64,000 bases of DNA from Candidatus Moraniibacteriota bacterium. GTDB lineage: Bacteria; Patescibacteriota; Minisyncoccia; Moranbacterales; UBA1568. Positions 9,446 to 18,202 of the stretch are shown here, one piece after another. Location of the stretch: positions 16,357 to 80,356 of the forward strand of contig JBPOIB010000005.1 in NCBI GenBank assembly GCA_052034935.1, read 5' to 3'. The notes beneath the pieces are model-generated. The model was not told the origin of the DNA and ran no database searches. It worked only from the letters and a program-made list of their open reading frames with translations. The first letter of the stretch is position 1, and each line of letters starts with the position of its first letter. The position numbers and the translations under genes are program-made.

Positions 9446-10465
9446 ATGCAAACCTATACCTTTCATGTTTCTGGGCTCCACTGTAATGCGTGTATTCTCC
9501 TCACTGAGTCTGAATTGACCGAACATCCGAAAATTTCTTCAGCCAAGACAAGTCTCAAAAATCATTCCATCGAAGTGGTGGGAGATTTTGGCGATACACC
9601 GCCTGAAGCAGTTGCGCGCGAGCTCAGTAGCCTCCTCGAAAAACATGGCTACCGACTCTCGGTTGAAAAAGAAGTTCAAGTACGTAACTGGTCCGACTTC
9701 CGCTTCGCCCTCCCCATCGCGCTTGCCTTTGCTCTTTTCTTCGTCCTTCTCCAAAAGGCCGGCATTGTGAACGTGGTGGATGCGGAATCGGTTTCGTATG
9801 GGACAGCCTTTCTCATTGGCGTGGTCGCTTCGCTCTCGACGTGTATGGCTGTCGTCGGCGGACTGGTACTCTCGATGTCGGCTACTTTTGCGAAGGAAGG
9901 GGATCGGATGAAGCCTCAGCTTCTCTTTCATGTCGGCCGGTTAATTGCCTTTTTTCTTCTCGGAGGATTGATCGGAGCCCTGGGGGCGAATTTCTCCTTG
10001 AGTACGGGGGCGACCTTTTTCCTGAGTCTCTTGGTTGGTCTGGTGATGCTTATCCTTGGCATCAATCTCCTCGACGTCTTTCCTTGGGCGAAAAAATTGC
10101 AGCCAGCGATGCCGAAATTTCTCTCAAAGCGAGCTTACAACGTCTCGAAGCTGAACCATACCTTCACTCCGTTTCTTATCGGTATCGCCACCTTTTTCCT
10201 GCCCTGTGGTTTCACACAGTCGATGCAGCTCTATACGCTTTCGACGGGAAGTTTTATAGATGGTGCCTTGACGATGCTTTCTTTCGCCCTCGGAACACTG
10301 CCGGTACTGGCACTCATCAGCTTCAGCTCGTTTTCCATGCAGCAAAGTACGAAAGCCGGAGTCTTCTTCAAGTCTGCTGGACTCATCGTTATCCTGTTCG
10401 CTCTGATGAATCTCATCAACAGTCTCGTTATCGCTGGGCTCATCTCACCAGTGTTCAATTTCTAG
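9446..10465 (+). CDS. HMA-domain protein fused to a TauE/SafE- or DsbD_2-like polytopic permease
   Basis: N-terminal ferredoxin-like metal-binding motif (GLHCNACI) followed by about 8 TM helices containing ...SLSTCMAVVGG. Confidence 0.6.
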   Translation: MQTYTFHVSGLHCNACILLTESELTEHPKISSAKTSLKNHSIEVVGDFGDTPPEAVARELSSLLEKHGYRLSVEKEVQVRNWSDFRFALPIALAFALFFVLLQKAGIVNVVDAESVSYGTAFLIGVVASLSTCMAVVGGLVLSMSATFAKEGDRMKPQLLFHVGRLIAFFLLGGLIGALGANFSLSTGATFFLSLLVGLVMLILGINLLDVFPWAKKLQPAMPKFLSKRAYNVSKLNHTFTPFLIGIATFFLPCGFTQSMQLYTLSTGSFIDGALTMLSFALGTLPVLALISFSSFSMQQSTKAGVFFKSAGLIVILFALMNLINSLVIAGLISPVFNF

Positions 10466-10517
10466 CGTGGTACAGTGTGGGTAATCCGAAAAATAACTTC
10501 CTGATAATCTAAAATAT

Positions 10518-10910
10518 ATGAAAATAACCTTTGGCATTATTCTTGCGGCAGCGATTGGTCTCGTTGGGTACCTGTTCATTCAGTCAGGGGGAGCAAGTTC
10601 AACGAGTGAGGCCCCATCGACGAGCAATGTCAGCATCGTTGATGGGCGGCAGATCGTTGTTCTCTCGGCCAAGGCTGGGTATACCCCAAGGGTGAGCGAG
10701 GTAAAGGCTGGAATTCCGACCATTCTTCGGGTTGAAACCAATGGGACTTTTGATTGTTCGTCCCAGATTCGTGTTCCGAGTCTGAATATTAGCCAGGCTT
10801 TGCCGGCTACGGGAGCGACCGATATTATGCTTGGAAGCCTGGCCGCTGGAAAACTTGATGGCACCTGCGGGATGGGTATGTATCCGTTCCAACTCAATGT
10901 TCAGAGTTAA
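10518..10910 (+). CDS. secreted cupredoxin-like small protein
   Basis: Signal peptide; beta-rich; the C-terminal ...DGTCGMGMYPFQLNV resembles the Cys/Met copper-site region of PF13473-type cupredoxin-like domains. Confidence 0.45.
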   Translation: MKITFGIILAAAIGLVGYLFIQSGGASSTSEAPSTSNVSIVDGRQIVVLSAKAGYTPRVSEVKAGIPTILRVETNGTFDCSSQIRVPSLNISQALPATGATDIMLGSLAAGKLDGTCGMGMYPFQLNVQS

Positions 10911-10913
10911 GGC

Positions 10914-11453
10914 ATGAGCAGGACTTCTTACCTTGTTATTGCCCTTGCTGCCCTCGCTCTCATGGAAGGCGTTGCTTGGACTGTCTGGAAGTCCTCAAAG
11001 GAGGCGCCCGCGCACCAGCCAAGGGCCGATGAGGAATCTGTTCGTAAGGAAACGTCGCAGGATCAGTCTTCTCCGGCGACCCATCTTTCCGAAGTTTCGA
11101 ATCCGAGCTCGTCAGGAACGGAGGATGCTGATTCTGAGAGTTTTCCTCCTCCCACCACTGAAGCAAAGAACGGCCGGACGGAACGGACCATTCATATGGG
11201 AGTTCGTCAGTATGCTTGGGACCCTCCCATCATAAAAGCGAAACAGGGCGAGCTGGTCCGCCTCATTGTCCATAATGCCGATGTTCAGCACGGATTGGTA
11301 ATCCCTGAACTTAACGTATTAAACATTGATATCCCTCCAGATGGGGCAGTGATAGAGTTCGTTCCCGATAAAGTTGGGACGTTTGTGTTTTTTTGCTCCT
11401 ACTACTGCGGCGATGGGCACAGCGAGATGCGTGGAAAAATTATCATTGAATAG
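10914..11453 (+). CDS. cupredoxin-domain protein
   Basis: WDPPIIKAKQGELVRLIVHNADVQHGLVIPELNV...GTFVFFCSYYCGDGHSEMRGKIIIE shows the H...C...H...M type-1 copper-site pattern. Confidence 0.6.
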   Translation: MSRTSYLVIALAALALMEGVAWTVWKSSKEAPAHQPRADEESVRKETSQDQSSPATHLSEVSNPSSSGTEDADSESFPPPTTEAKNGRTERTIHMGVRQYAWDPPIIKAKQGELVRLIVHNADVQHGLVIPELNVLNIDIPPDGAVIEFVPDKVGTFVFFCSYYCGDGHSEMRGKIIIE

Positions 11454-11493
11454 GCAGCCCTGTATCCGAAGCCCTAATGACGGAAAAGAAAAA

Positions 11494-11526
11494 CACCCCG
11501 GTTTCTCGGGGTGCTTCTTTTTTGGG
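11494..11526. terminator. bidirectional terminator between convergent genes
   Basis: caccccg-gtttct-cggggtg followed by cttctttttt. Confidence 0.7.
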
Positions 11527-11533
11527 CTATTGA

Positions 11534-11794
11534 CTACGAGAGGTGGGCGCCGATGAGTTTCGTCATCTCGAACATCCCGACCATGTCTTTTCCAAAGACC
11601 GCCTTGAGCGCTTCGTCGCAATTGATATTGCGCTTGTTCGCCGGGTCCTGGAGATTCTTGCTCTTGATATAGGCCCAGAGCTGCTTGGTTACTTCCGAAC
11701 GGGGCATTGGCCCGGCACCGACTACGACTGCGAGTTCTGGGCTGATTTTCATCGGCTTCATGAACGCGGAATTGCTCGTCGCCATAACTTTCAT
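11534..11794 (-). CDS. SWIB/MDM2-domain protein
   Basis: 86 aa; ...SEVTKQLWAYIKSKNLQDPANKRNINCDEALKAVFGKDMVGMFEMTKLIGAHL matches the SWIB fold consensus (WxYIKxxxLQDP...i.cD..L..lfg...v.mfem.kl...Hl). Confidence 0.7.
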   Translation of the reverse strand: MKVMATSNSAFMKPMKISPELAVVVGAGPMPRSEVTKQLWAYIKSKNLQDPANKRNINCDEALKAVFGKDMVGMFEMTKLIGAHLS

Positions 11795-11907
11795 GCTTTA
11801 AAGGGTTACGGCTCCCATTATACACCCTCTTCCGCTCCTGGGAAGTCGTTCCGGCCTCCAGGGTGAATATGGTAAAGTGAAAGAAAGATAAAACAGACAC
11901 AAAACTT

Positions 11908-13098
11908 ATGGGTGAAAAACTCGTCATCAACGATATGGCTGGCGACAGCCAGATGGACTTCATCATCCAGGAGGCGGCCAAACGAGGGGCATCTGACATC
12001 CATATCGATCCTTTGCCGGATGAGGTACTCGTCCGTTTCCGTATTGATGGTGTCTTGCGTGAGGCGAATCGATTTCATCGCGACTATCTCGACCATGTCG
12101 TCAATCAGTTGAAAGTTGCCTGTAATCTCGAGGTGGGAAATGTGCGCTTGCCGGAAGATGGACACTTCTCGATTGAGTTTGCGGATGAAACCACCGGTCT
12201 GAGTAAAATTATCGACCTCCGTATCTCGATGTTTCCGAGCGTGAACGGCACGGCGGCGGTCATGCGTATCCTGAACCGGGCAGAAATGCTCGTCTCGCTC
12301 GATCAGATTTTCACCGACCCAGAAACGCTCACTCAGGTCCGCTCGATGACACTGTCGAGCTATGGCATGGTGCTGACCGCCGGTCCGACCGGCTCGGGCA
12401 AGACAACGTCGCTCTATGCCATGCTCATGGAAACCAACCGCAAGGAACGTAATATCCTTACGCTGGAGGATCCAGTCGAGATGTACTTTGACGATATGCG
12501 CCAGAGCCAGATTCATCCGGAAATCGGCTACAGTTTCGCTAAGGGAATGAAGAGTATTCTTCGTCAGGATCCGGACGTGATCATGATTGGCGAGATCCGG
12601 GACGATGAAACAGCTGAGTATGCTGTTCAGGCCGCGCTGACCGGCCGGCTGGTCTATTCGACGGTTCATGCCAATACGACGATTGGCGCGATTGCTCGCT
12701 TCATCGATATGGATATCGAACGCGGGCTCATTGCCTATGCGATCCGCGGCGTCATTTCACAGCGTCTCGTTCGGAAAATCTGCCCTTCCTGCAACATCGC
12801 CGAAGAGAATCCGCGCCAGGAGTTCATTGACTTCCTCGGCCTGCAGGGGATGATTATCCCGTATCGAAAAGGTGCCGGTTGCAGCGAGTGTGACGGGACC
12901 GGATTCAAGGGCCGAGCCGGGATATTTGAGATCCTCCAATTCGATGACACGCTCCGGGCGATGATCGTCGACAAGGTTTCGATGACCGATTTGCAGGCCT
13001 ATGCGGTGAGTGCGGGCATGCGGACCCTGCGACAGAACGGCATCAATATGGTCGCGGCCGGAGAGACGACACTCGAAGAGATTATCCGCGTCGTCTAG
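11908..13098 (+). CDS. GspE/PilB-family secretion ATPase (short form lacking the N1 domain)
   Basis: Walker A GPTGSGKTT, Asp box, Walker B, His box, and the tetracysteine motif CPSC...CSEC. Confidence 0.85.
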   Translation: MGEKLVINDMAGDSQMDFIIQEAAKRGASDIHIDPLPDEVLVRFRIDGVLREANRFHRDYLDHVVNQLKVACNLEVGNVRLPEDGHFSIEFADETTGLSKIIDLRISMFPSVNGTAAVMRILNRAEMLVSLDQIFTDPETLTQVRSMTLSSYGMVLTAGPTGSGKTTSLYAMLMETNRKERNILTLEDPVEMYFDDMRQSQIHPEIGYSFAKGMKSILRQDPDVIMIGEIRDDETAEYAVQAALTGRLVYSTVHANTTIGAIARFIDMDIERGLIAYAIRGVISQRLVRKICPSCNIAEENPRQEFIDFLGLQGMIIPYRKGAGCSECDGTGFKGRAGIFEILQFDDTLRAMIVDKVSMTDLQAYAVSAGMRTLRQNGINMVAAGETTLEEIIRVV

Positions 13099-13154
13099 CT
13101 GCTTTTTCGTATCACTCAGCCGTTCGCTGCGTGTTAGACTGGGAAGATAAGATT

Positions 13155-14525
13155 ATGCTTTCCCTAAAAAGGTCTATGACGCTGAAGTGGCTTGCCCGGA
13201 TTCATCTCGGACTGCTCCTTTTTTCATTTTTCCTGTACCTCGGATTCGGATTTGTTTTCGGCCCGGAATTTCTCTACCAAGACATTCGGAAAAAACTTTT
13301 CGCGTTCGCCGCGGATGATATCGTCGTGACGGCTGTGGTCCCTGGCCCGCCTGCCGCCCCAATCATCACTGCCACTCCAACTTGTATTTCCGGCGCCCCA
13401 CGTATCGTGCTCGACTGGCCGGATGATAACGGAAGCACGAGTTTCGATGTGGACCGTGACTCGATGGCACTCACGAGCGGATTAGTCGTTTCTGGTTATA
13501 CCGATACCGCCGTTACCGCTGTCACCACGTACAGTTATGAAGTGACCGCCTTTGGACCAATGGATCCAGGTACAGCGGTTTCTGCGTCTTTCTCGGTCAC
13601 AACACTCGACTGCTCAAATATCGCACCGGTGACCGTGACTATCGAGACACTCGGAGGAAAGAGCGTTATAACGGACCGAACCAATGTTGATATCACAAAA
13701 TTTCGGCCGAAGATCTCGGGCACCAGCAATACTCCGGATGCCATCATCGATATCCTGGTTACCAATCCGACGCTTCGAGCCCGGATACTCGCCAATTCCA
13801 ATGGTTATTTCGAATGGCTTCCGCCGATCAAGCTCGATGCCGGCCGGCACTTGATCGAAATTACAGCGACCGATCCTACGGATCCCAGTCGGACCGCGAC
13901 GGATGCACTCATCTTCAAAGTGATAGGAAGTGGGGATAATGGGGGTGGTGGTGCTCGACCGAATGAATCAGGGGATCTGAGTCTTCCGGAAAGTGGAGGT
14001 GGTATCGACTTCTTTGTGACGGTGAATAACGAGCAGTCAATCGTTTCTCAGGAAGAGATACTTTCCGTTACTCTCGCCACCCGGAAAGGTGTTTTTCCTG
14101 AAGACACGACCGCGAGTATCTTCCTCAATAATCCGGATTATCAGGACTCGCTCCAATTTTCGAGGCTGCCGCTCCTCGCCGGACAGAAGAGCGTGACGCT
14201 GTTTGAGCGTCTTCCGCTCTATCTTGAACCCGGCCAGTACCGCGTCCGGGCCGATGTGGTGGTTCGCGGAGAGATGACGAGTCGGGAGGCTTCGTTCACC
14301 TTGAAACCGCTTCCGTTTTTCTCACTTGCCGGGCGGGAAATCAGCTACGCTGAGGCGGCGAATTACATCGGTTTCTTCTTTTTCTCGCTCCTTTTTCTTT
14401 TTCTCTTTCTCCTCCTCTTCTTCGTCCGTGAATACTGGCTGTCGCTGCATCGTCTTCGTTCAATTACCGAGCGCCATCTCGGCCGTCTCGGATTTCTCGG
14501 AACCGGAAAGGGGGTGATCCGATGA
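13155..14525 (+). CDS. bitopic membrane protein with extracellular Ig/FN3-like beta-rich region
   Basis: N-terminal TM (start taken at the ATG 13155 with GGAAG upstream; the track starts at GTG 13131), T/S/V-rich beta repeats, and a C-terminal hydrophobic FFFSLLFLFLFLLLFF segment. Confidence 0.5.
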   Translation: MLSLKRSMTLKWLARIHLGLLLFSFFLYLGFGFVFGPEFLYQDIRKKLFAFAADDIVVTAVVPGPPAAPIITATPTCISGAPRIVLDWPDDNGSTSFDVDRDSMALTSGLVVSGYTDTAVTAVTTYSYEVTAFGPMDPGTAVSASFSVTTLDCSNIAPVTVTIETLGGKSVITDRTNVDITKFRPKISGTSNTPDAIIDILVTNPTLRARILANSNGYFEWLPPIKLDAGRHLIEITATDPTDPSRTATDALIFKVIGSGDNGGGGARPNESGDLSLPESGGGIDFFVTVNNEQSIVSQEEILSVTLATRKGVFPEDTTASIFLNNPDYQDSLQFSRLPLLAGQKSVTLFERLPLYLEPGQYRVRADVVVRGEMTSREASFTLKPLPFFSLAGREISYAEAANYIGFFFFSLLFLFLFLLLFFVREYWLSLHRLRSITERHLGRLGFLGTGKGVIR

Positions 14526-14842
14526 GTACTGAAATATTCCTGCTCCTCCTGTCATTCCTGACGATTGTCTCCCTGCTCTCATCACTGGTTTTCGTCATCG
14601 GCATCGTCTGGCGGGTGGAGATGGAACTCGACATCTCGTTCAAATTCTTTGCTTTCGCTGTTCTCTTCCTGCTCATGATCGAGGGACTCAGTCTGCTCCC
14701 GGCCAGTCGCTTCGAGGCTTGGTGGCAGCTGGCACTCCCGATCGTGAAATTTCTGGCGGCAGTCAATCTTTTGCTCGGACTGTTCTTCATGCGCGACCTC
14801 ATCCGCCGGCTGGACGGTGAGAAAGCGCCAGTTCGGAAGTAA
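14522..14842 (+). CDS. small membrane protein (3 TM), hypothetical
   Basis: ATGA start/stop overlap with the upstream gene. Hydrophobic throughout. Confidence 0.45.
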   Translation: MSTEIFLLLLSFLTIVSLLSSLVFVIGIVWRVEMELDISFKFFAFAVLFLLMIEGLSLLPASRFEAWWQLALPIVKFLAAVNLLLGLFFMRDLIRRLDGEKAPVRK

Positions 14843-14947
14843 CTTTCGAGAGTGAGGAGAAATGAGCGGCTTCGGCTGCTTGTTTTTTTATCTGACCATG
14901 ATAAGGTTGTGGCATCGATTCAACGACCCAACGCGGAGGAATCAACC

Positions 14948-16342
14948 ATGAGAGTTCTTTCCATACTGATACTCGTTCTCGTTACGTCTCTTTCGGTACG
15001 GGCCAACACATTTCCGGAAGAAGCCTACTACGAGCGGGTGCTGGCCGAAGAAGCAAACGTGTTCGTCGATTGCGACGCGCTTGAAACGGGGCGTCTGACC
15101 TGTGAGCGGATCAAGACAGCCCGCCGTTTGGCCTACCAGGCCAAGCTGCAGACTTTCGACCAGCTCGAAGGGAAACGCCGCGTGCCGTATCGGGAATTCG
15201 CGCTCATCGTCTATGATCCGGAAACGAAAGGATTCCGCGATCTGCGTCTCGGCATGCCGGTCAATGTCGCCAAGGCACCTCATTTTCAGCCGATCGTCCT
15301 CTCTGGGGACGCGACTGATTGTCAGGTGACGCGGCTTCGTGGCCAGTCGCTCAACAAGATGGTCTTCGATATCGTCTGTGGCGGACGCACGCTTCACGCC
15401 TACGCGGCGAAACATCTGCTCTTTGCCGATGTGAAGCTGCACGCTCTTTGGGGTGGCCGGACGATTCCGCGGACCGAAGAGGTGGTGTACCTCGAGGTCT
15501 CGCCACACTTCGTTTCCGAGGAAACGGCCCGGGCTGGTCAGGCGGTGTTCATGCAGCTCATCGAGCAAGCATTCACCGATTTGCGTGAGCTCGGTGTCCC
15601 GTCACGGTCTTCGCCCGGACGTCTCCTGGCTGACGTCGTCACCGTCGATTCGGTGGCGAACCTCCTGGTCACTGAACAGGCAGATCCGTGCTTCCGGCAA
15701 GGTGAGCGGACGAAAGGCTGCAAGCGTCTCATTCCACAACGGCCCTATCGGGACAATGCAGAGGTGATGCAAGCAGTGAACACGGCCTTCTTCCTGAATG
15801 GCGGTCTCGCGTATCGCTACATGCGTTCGGGCGCTGCTGCGGGCGGGGCGCTCCAGTTCACGAATAACCGTACGAAGCGGTATATCGGGACCTATAATAG
15901 CGTTCTCAAGAACTGTCCCAGCGCCCGGATCGATCCTGACTTCCAGCGAGGGACGCGGAGTATCCGCAATCTGGCCAAGGCGGCAGCGTGTCTCATCGAC
16001 ATGGAGCGGGCGGCGCTTCCTGAATGGGCGCGCGAAGCCTATCACCGCGATCCAGAATTCGGTCTGCCGATTCTCGGCGCCGCCTACAATGGAGGTGCAG
16101 CACGAGCGAGGACAGTGGCCCGGCTCATCGAAACCTTTGCCAAGAAGCATGGAATCAATGAGGAGATGTTCCTCTTCCATCTTTTTCCTTGGGATGAGTT
16201 CCTCGCCTGGATCGATCGGGTCCAGCACGGGCTGCCACCGGAAACGCGCGTGTACATCGAGAAGATCATCGATACAACGCGGCATCTCTATCGGCATCGT
16301 CCGAAAATGCCAGAAGTGAACTTTGAAGGGGCTCTCGGCTGA
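14948..16342 (+). CDS. secreted hypothetical protein; the C-terminal region carries an SLT-like AYNGG motif
   Basis: GGAGGAA RBS before ATG 14948; signal peptide MRVLSILILVLVTSLSVRA. The motif ...ALQFTNN...AAYNGGAARARTV only weakly resembles lytic-transglycosylase motifs. Confidence 0.5.
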   Translation: MRVLSILILVLVTSLSVRANTFPEEAYYERVLAEEANVFVDCDALETGRLTCERIKTARRLAYQAKLQTFDQLEGKRRVPYREFALIVYDPETKGFRDLRLGMPVNVAKAPHFQPIVLSGDATDCQVTRLRGQSLNKMVFDIVCGGRTLHAYAAKHLLFADVKLHALWGGRTIPRTEEVVYLEVSPHFVSEETARAGQAVFMQLIEQAFTDLRELGVPSRSSPGRLLADVVTVDSVANLLVTEQADPCFRQGERTKGCKRLIPQRPYRDNAEVMQAVNTAFFLNGGLAYRYMRSGAAAGGALQFTNNRTKRYIGTYNSVLKNCPSARIDPDFQRGTRSIRNLAKAAACLIDMERAALPEWAREAYHRDPEFGLPILGAAYNGGAARARTVARLIETFAKKHGINEEMFLFHLFPWDEFLAWIDRVQHGLPPETRVYIEKIIDTTRHLYRHRPKMPEVNFEGALG

Positions 16343-16360
16343 GGCCCTTTTTTCTTTGGC

Positions 16361-16389
16361 TTGTCAGCGAAAAGGCGAGTTGGTACTAT
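16361..16389 (+). promoter_or_regulatory. sigma-70-like promoter TTGTCA-17-TACTAT
   Basis: Canonical spacing, upstream of the SET-domain gene. Confidence 0.5.
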
Positions 16390-16436
16390 GTTCAGGTGCC
16401 ACACCCATGTCCGTAGGGACTTTTTTATTACCCCTT

Positions 16437-16883
16437 ATGTCTACGACTAAGCATGTCCGTCCGACCAATGTCGCCGTGAAGCGCTCGAGTGCCGGCCTCG
16501 GGCTTTTTGCCGCCGCTCCCATCAAGAAACGCGAAACTATTATCGAGTACATTGGCCGTCGGATCGCCTCCAAAGACGGAGACGAGCTCGATCAGAACAG
16601 CTATATCTTCACCGTGAATAGCCGGCTTGATATCGATGGTAGCCCCCGCTACAATACGGCGCGCTATGCAAATCATTCTTGCCGGCCGAACGCTGAGTCG
16701 GTCATCCGCAAAGGCCGAGTCTTCATCGTGGCGCTCAAAAATATTCTTCCGGGCGAAGAGATCACCTATGATTATGGCGACGACTTTTTCAAGCATTACA
16801 TCAAACCCTTCGGCTGCAAGTGCGTAAAGTGCATGGCGAAGCGAGAGGAAGACAAGGCTGAGCCTCAAAAGGCGAAGGTGTAG
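16437..16883 (+). CDS. SET-domain protein (putative protein lysine methyltransferase) with post-SET Cys cluster
   Basis: GLGLFAAAPIKKRETIIEYIG, ...RYANHSCRPNAE, GEEITYDYG, and the post-SET CKCVKC. An alternative start is ATG 16407. Confidence 0.75.
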   Translation: MSTTKHVRPTNVAVKRSSAGLGLFAAAPIKKRETIIEYIGRRIASKDGDELDQNSYIFTVNSRLDIDGSPRYNTARYANHSCRPNAESVIRKGRVFIVALKNILPGEEITYDYGDDFFKHYIKPFGCKCVKCMAKREEDKAEPQKAKV

Positions 16884-16923
16884 CATTGACTCCTTCCGCT
16901 TTCTGTGGCATGCTCCGAGCACT

Positions 16924-17631
16924 ATGGAAGAACAGATCCCTTTTCCGGTGCGCATCAACCGCTATCTGGCGCTCCGCGGACTCACGACGCGCAAAGCGGC
17001 TGACGGGCTCATCGCGTCCGGACGTGTCCTCGTGAATGGTAAGCCGGCCGAACTTGGCATGAAGGTAGATGCCGGGGATGAGGTCGAAATCAAGGGCGAA
17101 GTCCGATCCAAACCCTATCGCTATTTCCTCTACTACAAGCCGCGCGGAATCATCACCCATTCACCCCAGCGTAAGGAGAAGAGTATCGCTGATATTTTCC
17201 CCGAAAAGGGAGTTTTTCCGATCGGCCGTCTCGATAAGGCTTCCGAGGGGCTCATTATCCTGACCGACGACGGACGGGTGACGGAGCGGTTGCTCCATCC
17301 GCGCTTCGTCCATGAGAAGGAATACGAAGTGATCGTCCGCGAAGATATCCCGAATAATGCCGAGGTACGGCTTTTGGCGGGCGTGATGAATGAGGGAGAA
17401 AAACTGGCAGCGAAGAAGGTGGTGAAGACGGGTCGGACCGCTCTCTCGATCGTTCTCGTCGAAGGAAAGAAACACCATATCCGTCGTATGCTCGATGCGC
17501 TTCACTTGACGGTGAAGGAACTGAAACGGGTGCGGATCATGGGTCTTCGAATCGGGACGCTTGCACCCGGCGAAGCGAAGAGGCTTGAACAGCCGGAAGA
17601 AAAAGCCTTCTTGTCATCGCTTGGCCTGTAG
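16924..17631 (+). CDS. RsuA/RluB-family rRNA pseudouridine synthase (S4 domain + catalytic domain)
   Basis: S4-like N-terminus (RINRYLALRGLTTRKAADGLIASGRVLVNG) and the catalytic Asp motif GRLDKASEGLIILTDDG. Confidence 0.8.
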   Translation: MEEQIPFPVRINRYLALRGLTTRKAADGLIASGRVLVNGKPAELGMKVDAGDEVEIKGEVRSKPYRYFLYYKPRGIITHSPQRKEKSIADIFPEKGVFPIGRLDKASEGLIILTDDGRVTERLLHPRFVHEKEYEVIVREDIPNNAEVRLLAGVMNEGEKLAAKKVVKTGRTALSIVLVEGKKHHIRRMLDALHLTVKELKRVRIMGLRIGTLAPGEAKRLEQPEEKAFLSSLGL

Positions 17632-17675
17632 CCAGGCGGCGCGATACGATCTAGCTTCGGTGCTAAAATAGAAAC

Positions 17676-18185
17676 ATGACGAAACGATTTTTTTCCTCTC
17701 CGGCATTTACCATAATTGAGCTCCTCATCGTCGTTGCGATTATCGGTATCCTAACGAGCACGGTGACCGTTTCGCTGAACGCCTTCCGGCTTAAAGCACA
17801 GGCTTCTCAGGCGGTTGTCGATCTCGTTCGGATCGCGTCATACCTGGAGTCGTACCGGGGGAACTACGGCGCCTACCCGCTTTCCTGCGGGGATGGTAGC
17901 GGCTGGGCGAGCCGTGACTTAAATCCTTGGGGGTGTGGCCTTGGTGCCTGTTGGATTGGGCAGTTTTCAACCGAAGGTTGGTGTCCGTTACCATCCAATC
18001 CGAATAATCCGCCAGCCTATAATCTGACTGCGGCCGAGAGCCAGTACATCTATTACTCCAATGGTGTCAACTACAAGCTCCTCTATCATAATGCGGTCAG
18101 CATCGATGTCCCTGGCGAGTTTTTAGATCCGATCCGGCCGACTTGGGCCTTCGGTATCTGGAGCCCGGGTGCTGCTGCCTGGTAA
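17676..18185 (+). CDS. type IV pilin-like / pseudopilin protein with N-terminal methylation motif
   Basis: ...SPAFTIIELLIVVAIIGIL is a class III signal. It has Ala rather than Gly at -1. The C-terminal domain is Cys-rich. Confidence 0.65.
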   Translation: MTKRFFSSPAFTIIELLIVVAIIGILTSTVTVSLNAFRLKAQASQAVVDLVRIASYLESYRGNYGAYPLSCGDGSGWASRDLNPWGCGLGACWIGQFSTEGWCPLPSNPNNPPAYNLTAAESQYIYYSNGVNYKLLYHNAVSIDVPGEFLDPIRPTWAFGIWSPGAAAW

Positions 18186-18202
18186 TCCCATCCTAAGATT
18201 GT

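Noticed and set aside
11818-12669. 283-aa minus-strand ORF
   Set aside because: It is entirely antisense to the well-supported GspE ATPase gene and has no motifs.
14326-14440. Pyrimidine-rich simple repeat (cttttt/ctcctc) that looked like a microsatellite
   Set aside because: It encodes the C-terminal hydrophobic FFFSLLFLFLFLLLFF helix of the 13155..14525 membrane protein. It is coding low complexity, not an independent repeat element.
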